In this document: one piece after another, positions 49,655-59,789 of the stretch
Layout: each line of letters begins with the position of its first letter
How positions within the stretch are numbered: position 1 is the first letter of the stretch
Virus record (IMG/VR): IMGVR_UViG_3300030202_000729
Coordinates: 1 to 62,239 of that record
Strand: one strand, 5' to 3'
Source of the DNA: a virus
Lineage: Duplodnaviria; Caudoviricetes
DNA length: 62,239 nt
Translations under genes and position numbers: made by a program
Notes under the pieces: generated by a model
Told to the model about the DNA's origin: nothing
The model's database searches: none
Seen by the model: the letters and a program-made list of their open reading frames with translations, nothing else

Positions 49655-50454
49655 TTGACTTCTTTGAGTTTTGCCCTCAGTGCATTTATTGCTCCTGAGT
49701 TCTTTTTATTCTTAAAGTATACGATAGTATCAGTTAAATCTTCTCCTATTGTCTCATCACCGTGGATATGCTGGTTGCCTATCTTACGAATGATGTCCTG
49801 TTGTATCATCTCAGCAATCTCGTCTTTAAGATCAAGATCTTTATCTACGGCTGCTTTATGAAACTTAGCAGGTGATTTAGTTTTCAAATCGTACAAACTA
49901 TTCTCAACTTCCAAATCTGTAAGCTTGTCAGGGTTTGTATCTGTCAACACCCTCAACAATCTCTTCATTCTTGAAACATCTGAAGAAGCTTTAATAAACT
50001 CCTTATCTGCTTGTTTTGCAATTTTAACTCTTGCGTTCTTTTTGATCAAATCCTTTTGAGGATCGTATATGTAGAATCTAGCACCTTGAGTAGTAGCCAA
50101 CTCTTCTTTAGTCTCAACTACCTGTCTGTGTTTCATACACCACTTGTAAGTAATGTAATCTTCAACATTTATAGGACTACCATCTTCGTGGGTACTAATA
50201 TCAAGTTCTTTTCCCTCAAACGGGACCTTGACTCTTAAACTTGCCCAGTAGTCTTTTTCCCGTGAAGGAAAGTCTGGGTGATCATACGGTAGGCCTACAA
50301 GACCTGGTAGGTACTTTTTAGCCTCTTCTCCTTCCACTCCTCTGAGTGGTTGTCGTCCTACAAATATAGAACCAATTGTGACGCGAGCTCCTACTCGGAC
50401 CTCTTTTGGAAGGTAACTTGATGTTTCCTTACGTCGAATATAAATTTTTCTCAT
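49651..50454 (-). CDS. conserved crAss-like protein downstream of MCP
   Basis: 267 aa; synteny. Confidence 0.6.
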   Translation of the reverse strand: MRKIYIRRKETSSYLPKEVRVGARVTIGSIFVGRQPLRGVEGEEAKKYLPGLVGLPYDHPDFPSREKDYWASLRVKVPFEGKELDISTHEDGSPINVEDYITYKWCMKHRQVVETKEELATTQGARFYIYDPQKDLIKKNARVKIAKQADKEFIKASSDVSRMKRLLRVLTDTNPDKLTDLEVENSLYDLKTKSPAKFHKAAVDKDLDLKDEIAEMIQQDIIRKIGNQHIHGDETIGEDLTDTIVYFKNKKNSGAINALRAKLKEVK

Positions 50455-50542
50455 GTTCTTTTAAAGTTTAGAAAGAATAACTAAGTTGTTCTTTAGTCAA
50501 AGAATAACTCAATTGCTTGGTTTACAAATTTGGCTGCAATCA

Positions 50543-50577
50543 GGGGGACCGCCGTTGCAGTCCCCCCTATGCAAACC
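50543..50577 (-). terminator. GC-rich hairpin after MCP (terminator or stabiliser)
   Basis: minus strand GGGGGACTGC-AACG-GCGGTCCCCC ~10 nt after the MCP stop. Confidence 0.7.
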
Positions 50578-50586
50578 AAACACAAA

Positions 50587-52038
50587 TTACGATGCAGTGC
50601 ACTGTAGATCAAGCGAAGTATCGAATCTGCGAAGCAGGATACCAGCTGTTTTCAACATATGCACAGAAGCACCGTCTATATCACTAGCGCGAGTGTCAGA
50701 TCCTGTGAAGCCCTTAGGCACAACAGAACCAGCAACAGCCCAACGCAGCATTTCACGACCCTTCTTGTTAATCATCTGGAGGTTGTTTTCTCCATCATAA
50801 GTAGACTGATCGACGAATGTCATTCTGTACGACTCAATTGGCAATCCGCTTTCTGGATGCTTACGAGAAGCCTGAGCAACAGGACCGTGGTCAAACAAAG
50901 GAACTTTAACTACGTTCACTGTATGCCCATCAATGTGGTCATAAGAGTTAAAGTAACCAGTAACACCAAGGCTACGTCCGCTACCTGTGATGAACTTAGA
51001 CTCTGAAGTCTGCAAGTATCCTCTAGTTGCGCCAGGAGATGATGCACTGCCTGAGCTAGAACCGTAGTAGTTACGCAAAGCCTTATCAAACTCACGTGCT
51101 CCACCGATACCTGTGAACAATGTCACTTGCTTATCAGTAGCGTCAGTCATTCCGTAGAACAAGTCACCAATGACGTCCTCAATCTTCTGCTGTGTAAGCG
51201 TAGAGTAAGTGTCTTTGTTGATGATCTGCTCGAACAAACCAGGACCAGAAACAACTGGCTGGCCATTCTCGTCCACCATGTTAGTTCTACCAGTAGAGTC
51301 ATGAGTCTTCTGGCCATACCAGTAGTACATCTCACACTCTTCCTTGAACTTCAACATATGGCGATACTCTTCATAGTCCATCCACAACTTAGTTGTAGAG
51401 CCCTCCTTCAATGGGAGTTCGAACTCAGCAACGTAGTCTTTTGCATTACCAGAGAACTGGTAAGACTTACGGATAGTACCAATCTTAGATCTCACCAAGC
51501 CGGGTGCACTCCAGTTAGAAGCGTTTCCACGAGAGAAGTCGATTCCAACATTTGCATACAACTGACCCCACATTGCGCCTTCTTCAAGGTCTCCTGTAGA
51601 AGACAAAGCTGCAGCATCAGGAGATACGAGCTTCATTGTGTACTCAAATCCGTCAGCTTTCTGACGAGGCTCTTCCATAATACGTGCAAGAACACCGCTC
51701 TCAGAAACCAACGTGTATGGGAATACAAACCAGCGATCCGGGAAAGTAATAGTAAAAGTTGATCCACTAACTCCTGTTCCACTTGCAGAAACCACGGGAC
51801 GAACGTTTACCTCATGAGTTTTCACTCGGTACTCGTATTCGAAACGATCGATAGATTTAGTGTTACCTACTCCCTCTGTCATGAAAGACAATGGGAATTT
51901 CTTTTCTTCACGACCTGCGAGGTGCGTGATAATTGGAGACAGCTCTTCTGGCTTCTCCATCAACGCATTGACCAACGAATTGGTGTCAGTCATCTGCGAA
52001 TCATTGTAGTACGTTTTCAGTACGTTAGTCAATGCCAT
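50587..52038 (-). CDS. major capsid protein (crAss-type HK97 fold)
   Basis: 483 aa; IRKSY..SGN, E.E...WYG, GPGLFEQI, TGIGG..EFD, DGHTV.V...PLFD motifs; follows portal and scaffold. Confidence 0.9.
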   Translation of the reverse strand: MALTNVLKTYYNDSQMTDTNSLVNALMEKPEELSPIITHLAGREEKKFPLSFMTEGVGNTKSIDRFEYEYRVKTHEVNVRPVVSASGTGVSGSTFTITFPDRWFVFPYTLVSESGVLARIMEEPRQKADGFEYTMKLVSPDAAALSSTGDLEEGAMWGQLYANVGIDFSRGNASNWSAPGLVRSKIGTIRKSYQFSGNAKDYVAEFELPLKEGSTTKLWMDYEEYRHMLKFKEECEMYYWYGQKTHDSTGRTNMVDENGQPVVSGPGLFEQIINKDTYSTLTQQKIEDVIGDLFYGMTDATDKQVTLFTGIGGAREFDKALRNYYGSSSGSASSPGATRGYLQTSESKFITGSGRSLGVTGYFNSYDHIDGHTVNVVKVPLFDHGPVAQASRKHPESGLPIESYRMTFVDQSTYDGENNLQMINKKGREMLRWAVAGSVVPKGFTGSDTRASDIDGASVHMLKTAGILLRRFDTSLDLQCTAS

Positions 52039-52070
52039 GATTATTTATTTAAATAGATTAATTGCTTGTT

Positions 52071-53180
52071 TTAAAAAAGCGCGTTTATGTCCAGCTGATC
52101 TGGATCAAATGATTTAGGTTGGGTACGTTGAGCTCGTTTAGAATTTTTAACTTGCCCCTCGTTCCTAACAATTCGGTCTCTAAGTCCCTGAACACTCTTT
52201 GTTCTGGCCTTAGTGTCAATTATTTCGTCTAGCTTAAAACCACCATACATTAGGTAGTCTATTGCTAGTTTTACATTCATATCTGCCTCAGAGTAATCGA
52301 TATCTCTCTGAGTTCTGCCTGACTCATCTGCCGGAGCAGAGATGTAGTCAAAGAAGTCGGACTTGTCTGCATCTGGGATTCGTATCCCTGCAAACTCGTT
52401 ACCGCCTTCAATAGTTTCAGCAACTCCTTCCCAGAATTCTTCTTGCTGGGCCTCTAGTTCCTGATACTCTTGTTGTTGTTGTTCCAACATAGACGATCTT
52501 TGTGCTTCTTGAGCTTGTCCAAGAGCTTGTCTAGCTGCCTCTGCTTTAGAGTATAGCTTTCCGCTGTCTTGGTAGTCTTCAAGAAGTTCTTGAATGAACT
52601 CTGGTTCGTGTCCTTTAGCTTGGAAGTACTGTGAAAGTACCGCTGCTTGGACTCCAGTATCACTCTCGTTTATCTGGAAACTACTGTAATCCAAATTAGG
52701 ATTGTATGCTTCAAAGAACTTTTCTGAATCACCTCCTGCAAGGACGTAATCCAAATGCTGTTGTACTAGAGGGAACTGCTGAAACAGATCTTCAATCTGA
52801 TCTTCTGCTACTTCCTGAGATACGTCTCTAACAAACTCTGTCAAGCCCTCTACGGTATCAGCGTAGTTGCTCTCCATTTCAACTCCAAGGGTGTCAGCAA
52901 TTTCTACTGCTACCGAAGAGTCTAGATCATTGTCAGAGTCTTCAACTGTAAGGTCTTCGTCGTCGTCGTTGTATTCTTCGTCGACTCCGTCTTCACGGTC
53001 TTCATCTCCGTAGTCTTCTTGTACGTCCTCAACGTCTTGGTCAAGTTCATTACTAGAAGGCTCCTCTGTGGGATTCTCAACTTCTTGAGTCTCCTCTGCT
53101 AGGTCTAAACCTTGTGCTCCATCACCTACGACACTGTCGAAAGAGATAGCGCTAAAGTCTAATTTTTTTTCATCACTCAT
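52071..53180 (-). CDS. acidic scaffold-like protein
   Basis: 369 aa, very Asp/Glu-rich, directly upstream of MCP. Confidence 0.7.
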   Translation of the reverse strand: MSDEKKLDFSAISFDSVVGDGAQGLDLAEETQEVENPTEEPSSNELDQDVEDVQEDYGDEDREDGVDEEYNDDDEDLTVEDSDNDLDSSVAVEIADTLGVEMESNYADTVEGLTEFVRDVSQEVAEDQIEDLFQQFPLVQQHLDYVLAGGDSEKFFEAYNPNLDYSSFQINESDTGVQAAVLSQYFQAKGHEPEFIQELLEDYQDSGKLYSKAEAARQALGQAQEAQRSSMLEQQQQEYQELEAQQEEFWEGVAETIEGGNEFAGIRIPDADKSDFFDYISAPADESGRTQRDIDYSEADMNVKLAIDYLMYGGFKLDEIIDTKARTKSVQGLRDRIVRNEGQVKNSKRAQRTQPKSFDPDQLDINALF

Positions 53181-53242
53181 TGCAAAAATATTTGTTTGGT
53201 TTTAAACTTTTGGTATAAAATTATTTTTTATACTCACTATTA

Positions 53243-53683
53243 CTATATATCACTTAGGAATCCACCAAGCCTTGCATAACGTGCTGGGGTTTCCACTACT
53301 GTAGTTGCTCTAGGTCCCATTGGTAGGGATTTAACACCAGGCGGGACAGACTCGTATGACTTCACTAAATGACCTCGGTCATCATAGCCTTTCACGTCCA
53401 GGTTTGCTTTCAAACCTTTATTCGCAGTTGTCATTGTCGCGTTAGGACCGATCTTTGGGAAAACCATACTTTGGTCTGTCCTACCTGCCTGATGAGCGGG
53501 GCCAAGTCCTGCTTGCTGCTGCGACGGGGTGACAGCAATATTCCCCTGCTTTTGTGCTTCAAACTCGGCTATTACGTCCCTACCCTTACGATGTCCTTCA
53601 TAAACATCTATAATAGAACCTGAGTATCCCGAAGCCCTCGCTCTATCTAAGAGCTCCCGTCTTTCTTTATTATTGAGCGTCAT
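53243..53683 (-). CDS. hypothetical protein between portal and scaffold
   Basis: 146 aa; overlaps the portal end; ends YARLGGFLSDI. Confidence 0.65.
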   Translation of the reverse strand: MTLNNKERRELLDRARASGYSGSIIDVYEGHRKGRDVIAEFEAQKQGNIAVTPSQQQAGLGPAHQAGRTDQSMVFPKIGPNATMTTANKGLKANLDVKGYDDRGHLVKSYESVPPGVKSLPMGPRATTVVETPARYARLGGFLSDI

Positions 53684-55856
53684 TCTTTCTATCTAGTTCT
53701 TTCTCCTTTATAGAGAGTTCACGCTGCTTTACTTCATGTTGCTTCAACATCTTCTCGAGGTCTAGGTTTAGTTTACCTGTGGTATCCTGTGCCTCTGCTT
53801 GGATGAGAGCTGTTTCGATCTGTACCTGCCTGTCTTTGTCTTTCTCCAACTGCTCTTGTTGCAATGCCTGTTGCTTGAGTTGCAACTCTTGCTGCTGCTG
53901 TTGCTGTTGAGCTTGTTGCTGCTGTTGCTCCAGTTGTTCTCTAGCTTTTTCAGCGGTTTTGATCTTAGCTTTGATTCCTGTGAAGTTTTCAGTATCAAAC
54001 AAGTTGAGTACATCTGATGTCTTCATACCATTCTGAATCATTGCCTGTGACAACTGCTTAGCTTGGTCCAGCTTCTCAAGGTCTCTGCCTGCATCAGATA
54101 CAAAGATGCCATACTCGCTTTCCATGTGATCTTCTGCCTCAAGGTCGAACATATCGATCTGGTTGTCTGGCATCACATACATAGCTTTCTTTCCACTTAC
54201 CCAAGCTTCTTTAGAGTAGTCAAGTAGACCTTGCATTTCACGTTGCTCAAACCTATTGAACTTACGGAACAAGTCTTCTGTAATATGTGACGATTGCATG
54301 ATGGCCTGTTGTGAAGATGCTTTGCCTTCATAGGGGCCTACCATACCCTGTCTTTGTCTGTTTACCCCAGATATCCTTTCCCACTCGGAGAAGATTGATT
54401 CTAGGAGCTGTATATACTGTCCTACGGTCTTAATAGACATGTCCAGTACTGACTGATGTTGTGGTGAGAGTTGTATACCCTCTTTGTTGTAATCAACCCA
54501 AGCTATACCTGTGCCCTCTACGTAGTACATAAACTTGTCCAAGTCCCACTTCTTGGGGATCATGTTGATGTCGAACTGTGCTATGATGTCCTTACTACGT
54601 GCAAGTGCAAGCTCCATACGGTACTTGAAAATGTTGTAGTTGAGTTGGAATGGTATACCTAGAGATACTAGGGATATGTTCTCTGAGTTTATGTCAGAGT
54701 ATCTTCTACCGTTAATAGGCAGCTTACACAGTGAGGGGTTGTCTAGTGATGTACGCTGGTTTGGGATAGGGTTAATGTTCACGTAGAATCTCCCATCGAT
54801 ACGTGTACCTTCCCATACCTCGTTCACCCACTCGTATCTAACTTTTGCCCCAGTTGCTTTGAGCTCAGCAGGCATACGGAAACCGTCTACAACCTCCATC
54901 TCTTCTTCCATACCGGTTGTTGGGTCGGTGTATGTCAAGAATCCTATACGCTTTCTACTCTTCCAGTATACGGTTATAACCTCTATTGTTCTGTTACGTG
55001 ATACGTTTGCGTCGCCCCCAGATGCTTCTGATCTGTAGAGCAAGTATGTATCTACTGAGGAATGCCTTGGGTTCTCCAGCTCAAGTATCTGTTCGTCTGT
55101 AAGGTATTCTCCGTAATGATCTATAATAGTAGAAGCGTGAGCAAATCTTCTAACCATGGCCCAATCCCCGTCTTCTACAAACTCTAGGTCTGGGTCTTTA
55201 TCATAATCTACGTCTAGTGGATTAATGACATCATAGAAAGGTTCGCTTCTGCGTACTCCCTTGTGTGAGTATGTCTCACCTGCAACGAGGTAGTGGAAGA
55301 ATGCTTTCTGGAATTTATCTGTTAGCTCTTCGTTTTGAACAATATAGTTCAAAGCGTTCTGTCCTTGTATTGCTCGTCTGTCTACATAAGACGCCTCAAA
55401 TTGCTCAGCTACTTTTTCAGGTAGCCCTGTATCTGTTTTGTCTGATCCCTCCAACTCTTCTGCAAAAATCTTGACCATGGCGCCCATGATCTTCTTCTTC
55501 TTCTCTTCTTCTTTCTTACTTATAGCATCTCCATTCTTTACTGTTACTGTAAAGTTAAGTGGTCGCTTAGATTTCTCCCCAGCAAGCAGATCAATGATAG
55601 GCTTGATGATGGGGTAGTTCTTTAGTTTAGAAGGGAAGTTCTCTCTTCTCTTGCCGTACGGCTTAAGTACGTGCTTATAGTCTGTCTCGTCTATTACTCC
55701 GTTGTAGTAGTCATACAAGGACTTGAGAAAACTTTTTCTTTCAGATAGCCCAAATCTTGAGATATCTATAAATGATTCTACACACTGCTCTCTCCACTTT
55801 TTACTTTTCCTAGACAGCGGTAGTCGTTGCTGAGGGATTTTATGAGATCCATACAT
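53670..55856 (-). CDS. portal protein
   Basis: 728 aa; NYPIIKPIIDLL.GE, VYWKS, WVNEVWEG, ISGVNRQRQG motifs; Gln-rich C-terminal barrel. Confidence 0.9.
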   Translation of the reverse strand: MYGSHKIPQQRLPLSRKSKKWREQCVESFIDISRFGLSERKSFLKSLYDYYNGVIDETDYKHVLKPYGKRRENFPSKLKNYPIIKPIIDLLAGEKSKRPLNFTVTVKNGDAISKKEEEKKKKIMGAMVKIFAEELEGSDKTDTGLPEKVAEQFEASYVDRRAIQGQNALNYIVQNEELTDKFQKAFFHYLVAGETYSHKGVRRSEPFYDVINPLDVDYDKDPDLEFVEDGDWAMVRRFAHASTIIDHYGEYLTDEQILELENPRHSSVDTYLLYRSEASGGDANVSRNRTIEVITVYWKSRKRIGFLTYTDPTTGMEEEMEVVDGFRMPAELKATGAKVRYEWVNEVWEGTRIDGRFYVNINPIPNQRTSLDNPSLCKLPINGRRYSDINSENISLVSLGIPFQLNYNIFKYRMELALARSKDIIAQFDINMIPKKWDLDKFMYYVEGTGIAWVDYNKEGIQLSPQHQSVLDMSIKTVGQYIQLLESIFSEWERISGVNRQRQGMVGPYEGKASSQQAIMQSSHITEDLFRKFNRFEQREMQGLLDYSKEAWVSGKKAMYVMPDNQIDMFDLEAEDHMESEYGIFVSDAGRDLEKLDQAKQLSQAMIQNGMKTSDVLNLFDTENFTGIKAKIKTAEKAREQLEQQQQQAQQQQQQQELQLKQQALQQEQLEKDKDRQVQIETALIQAEAQDTTGKLNLDLEKMLKQHEVKQRELSIKEKELDRKNDAQ

Positions 55857-55866
55857 TGTTACAAAA

Positions 55867-57819
55867 TTAGTTATAATTGCGCTCGAACCAATCGTCCTGT
55901 GATCTGTCAGATAAAATTTCTACCACCTCTCTATTATATAACTCTCGCGTATGGTACATCCCTACCATAAACGCCATAACTCGGTCAAAGTTGCCTTTGT
56001 GATTGAACTTCATTAGTTCTTGCAAAAGCGCTGGGTCGTAGATTTTATGCAGGTTTAGAGTAGTATTCCCATCTTCGTCTGTGTGTCTTGGTGTCACCAA
56101 CCAGTCTCTGATGTACAACTCTCCCTGTCTTTTACGTTGTTCGGTCATATGCATACCGTACTGACGTCTTACATTTCTGGATCGTAGTTCTCTTTTATCC
56201 AGCATTTCAAACTCTTCTTGTAGCTTATGTAGCTTGCGATATCTCTTTGCGTAAGCAATAAGCTCGCCACGGTCGTTCTCGAATCCGATTTTTGCGTTGT
56301 AGTATTCTGCCAACATAAATAGATTCCGGTTGTATTCATCCTGTGTTTTAGGGCGTCCAACATAGCTTGCTACAATTAAATCATCCGGCTTGGATAGGTT
56401 ATTAGGTCTTTTAATTACGTATGCTGCACCAAGTGACTCATTGGTTGTTGAGCTTGATTGTGCATACGGGTCGTGGCACACAATATACAAATTATGTGGT
56501 ACTTCTTGTTGCTCAGTTAAAAATGGTGATTGATATATAACTACAGAGCCTTCTGTCTTGTCCCCTTTTCTATGTGGGAACTTGTATACAGGGTTGCAGG
56601 TATCACTAGGTCTAAAGGAAGACTTACCACTTTTATCATAGTACATTATACCTGCGGTTCCTTCAACCTCAAGTCCGTGAGCCTTAATCTTGTTATACTG
56701 CTCTTTAAGAGAAGTAACATCAAATAGATTTGCCGTGACCTGGAGCGTCGCCTCCTGCGGTGTGAACGGGTGCTCCGCCGTGTACTGGTCGAGGGCTTTA
56801 GGATCATTTGCCCCCTTCTTTTTCTCCCTTTGTGTTTCCTCATGAGCCCTTGCTTCTTCTTTGAGTGAGTTCCCGTCTTCATCTATAAATCCGTCTAAGT
56901 TTTGTTGTATAGGTACAAAGTATCCGCATGTAGTTCCCATTGCTCCAGCGTCCCAGTCATTGTCAAAGGCCATGCAGTCATAGGAGTCGGGGTGATAGAA
57001 TAGTTCTTCCATGCCGTCAAACCCACTACCTTCCTCACCACCCGTACCAAATGCAATCATAGTACCAAGTGTCTTGGAACCTTGACGCATAGTAGGCATG
57101 GCTACCTCCCAGGCTTTGAGTAGTCCCCCGAATGAACCTGCCTCCTCAAAGAATATCAGATCACCGGCTTTACCACGAACCTTGTCTGGGTTGTCTTTTA
57201 GAGATACCCCAATGATTTGTGATTTCATACCGAGTTCTACATCTGCTCCGTTAACATTCTTCTTGTACCCTGATTGTTTGTGCATCTCACGGTCACGTAG
57301 TCTTGGTTGTGTCCAGGCCGTATTGTCATCGATGAAGGATAGAAAGTCCCATGCTTTGGAGAGTAGGCCGTCCCCGATGAGGTATTCTTTCTGTGAGGCG
57401 AATACGTAGTTCTTAGAGTTACGCATCAAGAAGTAGTTACGTGCTAACATAGCACCAGCCTTATAGGAGAAGCCTTTACGTCTAGCCTTAAGTACGACTA
57501 AATGTTTGTTTGTTTTTCGAGCGGTATCTACGGCAGTGAAGTACTCGTGGTCTCCGTCGTAGAAGGCAGGAAATGTGCGCTCTCTTCTTGCGATCTTGGT
57601 ACCATCGGCCAGGAAGTCGTCCACTACCCGGTCGATTGGGCAGAAGTTTAGATAAAAATAATGATAGCCCGTTAAGTCCTTGTATCCCTTTGTGCACCTT
57701 GTTTTTTGTTCGTCCCAGTAATCATAGTATTCTCTTGTCCCAGGTATAGCATCTGTGTAAAACCCATACTCAAGATAGTGGCTAGCTGCAGGCGAGTACT
57801 TAATACTGTTCTTAAACAT
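55867..57819 (-). CDS. terL: terminase large subunit
   Basis: LKARRKGFSY Walker A, LIFFEEAG Walker B, GTGG coupling motif, HDPY nuclease motif, NFDRVMA. Confidence 0.95.
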   Translation of the reverse strand: MFKNSIKYSPAASHYLEYGFYTDAIPGTREYYDYWDEQKTRCTKGYKDLTGYHYFYLNFCPIDRVVDDFLADGTKIARRERTFPAFYDGDHEYFTAVDTARKTNKHLVVLKARRKGFSYKAGAMLARNYFLMRNSKNYVFASQKEYLIGDGLLSKAWDFLSFIDDNTAWTQPRLRDREMHKQSGYKKNVNGADVELGMKSQIIGVSLKDNPDKVRGKAGDLIFFEEAGSFGGLLKAWEVAMPTMRQGSKTLGTMIAFGTGGEEGSGFDGMEELFYHPDSYDCMAFDNDWDAGAMGTTCGYFVPIQQNLDGFIDEDGNSLKEEARAHEETQREKKKGANDPKALDQYTAEHPFTPQEATLQVTANLFDVTSLKEQYNKIKAHGLEVEGTAGIMYYDKSGKSSFRPSDTCNPVYKFPHRKGDKTEGSVVIYQSPFLTEQQEVPHNLYIVCHDPYAQSSSTTNESLGAAYVIKRPNNLSKPDDLIVASYVGRPKTQDEYNRNLFMLAEYYNAKIGFENDRGELIAYAKRYRKLHKLQEEFEMLDKRELRSRNVRRQYGMHMTEQRKRQGELYIRDWLVTPRHTDEDGNTTLNLHKIYDPALLQELMKFNHKGNFDRVMAFMVGMYHTRELYNREVVEILSDRSQDDWFERNYN

Positions 57820-58316
57820 TACTGTGAGTACTTATTGGTAACAACCCCACCACGGTTAGGATTATCTTTCTGCTCATGCTTTTGTACAATAGCCTCAAGC
57901 TCATCAAGTCCATTTACTACTTTACCCATGTTGGCTAGATTCCCTATGAGGTCCTTAGCGTGGTAGATCGGCTTCCCGTTGTCATCCAGTACGTTCAGGT
58001 TTATAGTAGCAAAGTATCTCTCTAGTTTGGTTATTGAGTTACGTGCAGATTTAAGAAGTTTTATGGCTGATGTTTCTGAGAGTTCCTTATACTTGTCTAC
58101 TCCCCCCATTACTTTAGGGGTGAACTTAACCTTCAGATCTTGACTAATCTTAGCCATTCTGTCTTCTTCTTCATACACAGCGTAGGGGGAACGGTGGTCC
58201 GTATAGAAGTATATGGCACCCAGTTCGCCGGCTTTCAGACCCTTAAATTCATTAATGGTCAATGCGTAGGCGCTTGGGACAACTACATTGTTACTTACTG
58301 TTATCAGATCCCTCAT
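57819..58316 (-). CDS. conserved protein upstream of TerL (possible small terminase)
   Basis: 165 aa, helical, coupled to terL by TAATG overlap. Confidence 0.55.
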   Translation of the reverse strand: MRDLITVSNNVVVPSAYALTINEFKGLKAGELGAIYFYTDHRSPYAVYEEEDRMAKISQDLKVKFTPKVMGGVDKYKELSETSAIKLLKSARNSITKLERYFATINLNVLDDNGKPIYHAKDLIGNLANMGKVVNGLDELEAIVQKHEQKDNPNRGGVVTNKYSQ

Positions 58317-58509
58317 TGCGTTTCTGTAGATACTTAAGTCTTCCGGGCTTTACATGGAACTTACCTAAAAAGGGTAGCCGTACAGCTTCAAATGCACCTG
58401 CTTTAATTACCTGTGAGGTGTACTTAAATTGGTGCATAACTGCTTCTTCTACTCTTGTTAGTGGTAAGTCATGCCTTGTCGCCAGTTTTTGTATTATTGG
58501 TTTGTGCAC
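58291..58509 (-). CDS. HU/IHF-family DNA-binding protein
   Basis: IIQKLA..L..VEEAV..VRLPFLGKFHVK. Confidence 0.75.
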   Translation of the reverse strand: MHKPIIQKLATRHDLPLTRVEEAVMHQFKYTSQVIKAGAFEAVRLPFLGKFHVKPGRLKYLQKRNEGSDNSK

Positions 58510-58822
58510 TTTGTCTTTGCTTTTTAGCAGCTCCTCTGCCTACTTTAACTTTCTTACCATCTTTGCCTATTAATACTTGTGGCCACTTCTTTTTGGGACA
58601 ATTGGATGTAGCCCACTTTGCTTTGTGTTCTACAAGGCATCCACATTCTCCACACCTCATGGCTTCTTTCCTGAGGTATTCACATTCATCACAGGTCTTT
58701 AGTCTATAATTGTATTGTTTTTCTGATACGTGCGGTGCCCCTGCCTTTGCATACTCTGCTACATCTTTAGCAAAATTCTTCAGCATCTGGCCCATCGACG
58801 GTAGTTTCTTCTGTTCGCTCAT
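58469..58822 (-). CDS. Zn-binding Cys-rich protein
   Basis: RLKTCDECE..RCGECGC..K..CPKKKW. Confidence 0.7.
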   Translation of the reverse strand: MSEQKKLPSMGQMLKNFAKDVAEYAKAGAPHVSEKQYNYRLKTCDECEYLRKEAMRCGECGCLVEHKAKWATSNCPKKKWPQVLIGKDGKKVKVGRGAAKKQRQSAQTNNTKTGDKA

Positions 58823-58911
58823 CGTATATAGTTATTACCAAGAACTCGCCCACGCTACTTTGCATTATACTTATGTAGTAAGGATCAAAGTAGTAACGGG
58901 TTTGTACTATT

Positions 58912-59223
58912 TCATCTAGTGATCTCAATTGTTACTTTATTACTGGGTACTAGTATCTGTGCCAGTTTGTATCCAGCTTTTCCTTTTACTATTGCTCCCT
59001 TGTCCTTAAGTCTCTTTACGTAATTGTTTAGAGTATTTGGATCAAGTATCCCAATTTCATTGGCCACTATCTTCTTAGAATCTGCAGAACAAAATCCATG
59101 TTCAGCATTGTCTACAAATTTAGAAAGCACAAGGAGTTCTTTGTCCGTAAGCTCTAGTATTCCATTAAAGACTTGTAGGAACCTAAAGGTGCTGTCAGCT
59201 TTTATCTTTATAGTTCTACTCAT
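58912..59223 (-). CDS. winged-helix DNA-binding protein
   Basis: LTDKEL.VL..VANEIGI..NTLNNYVKRLKDKGAI. Confidence 0.7.
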   Translation of the reverse strand: MSRTIKIKADSTFRFLQVFNGILELTDKELLVLSKFVDNAEHGFCSADSKKIVANEIGILDPNTLNNYVKRLKDKGAIVKGKAGYKLAQILVPSNKVTIEITR

Positions 59224-59455
59224 TATTGAAAATAATTTTAGCCCTACCGTTCTCTAACTCGATGGTAGAGTTCTTTGATTGTCTGTTGAACTCTTCTACG
59301 AGGGGCTCCAAGTTTTGCCTTGTACACACAAAAGAGAGGAATACTTCCAGTTCCTTAGTGGCCTGGAGTACCCTCTCTTGTTGTTTCCCTGCTATTGCAG
59401 TAGAGTCTCGGAGTTTATCAAACTCCTTAAGTGGTATGGTTACCGTGCCGGTCAT
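59216..59455 (-). CDS. hypothetical protein
   Basis: 79 aa; overlaps both neighbours. Confidence 0.65.
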   Translation of the reverse strand: MTGTVTIPLKEFDKLRDSTAIAGKQQERVLQATKELEVFLSFVCTRQNLEPLVEEFNRQSKNSTIELENGRAKIIFNNE

Positions 59456-59736
59456 TCTTCATCAGGAATTACTCCACAGATAGAGAATTCATTTACCATG
59501 ATGCATTCTATGTCATCAATAGTAACAAGGAGTCCTTCGGTATTGGGGTGTACCATAACGGTATCATCCTCTTTGACCATGATACATTCTGGTCCGGCAG
59601 CAAGTACCTTAAGAATGTTTGACTGTAGGGACTTCTTTTGCGAGTCCGGTAGAATAATGCCTGCGTCTGTTTGGTCCTTTGATATCAGAGGTAGAACAAT
59701 CCAATCGCGGGTTGGGATGAAGTTTAGATTTGCCAT
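59452..59736 (-). CDS. groES: co-chaperonin GroES (Cpn10)
   Basis: PTRDWIVL..TDAGIILPDS mobile loop..VLAAGP..VKEDDTV..VNEFSICG. Confidence 0.85.
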   Translation of the reverse strand: MANLNFIPTRDWIVLPLISKDQTDAGIILPDSQKKSLQSNILKVLAAGPECIMVKEDDTVMVHPNTEGLLVTIDDIECIMVNEFSICGVIPDEE

Positions 59737-59752
59737 AATGTTTGGTTTATGA

Positions 59753-59760
59753 CAAATATA
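59753..59760 (-). promoter_or_regulatory. Bacteroidota -7 promoter element (TATATTTG)
   Basis: intergenic, ~16 nt upstream of the groES ATG. Confidence 0.65.
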
Positions 59761-59789
59761 TAAAACTTTACCTTATATACCCAAATAGG

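Noticed and set aside
53880-53935. CAG/CAA microsatellite-like tract
   Set aside because: It encodes the Gln-rich portal C-terminal helix with mixed codons
453-57819. Stop-codon reassignment, seen in some crAss-like phages
   Set aside because: All core genes are intact in the standard code and tile the strand; TGA occurs in normal ATGA overlaps; no suppressor tRNA seen
50587-57819. Introns or inteins in terL, portal or MCP
   Set aside because: ORFs are continuous with ordinary lengths, and no intein or homing-nuclease motifs were seen
351-59752. Numerous plus-strand ORFs and nested minus-strand ORFs in the track
   Set aside because: They are shadows of long minus-strand genes with recognisable motifs and have no independent protein-like features
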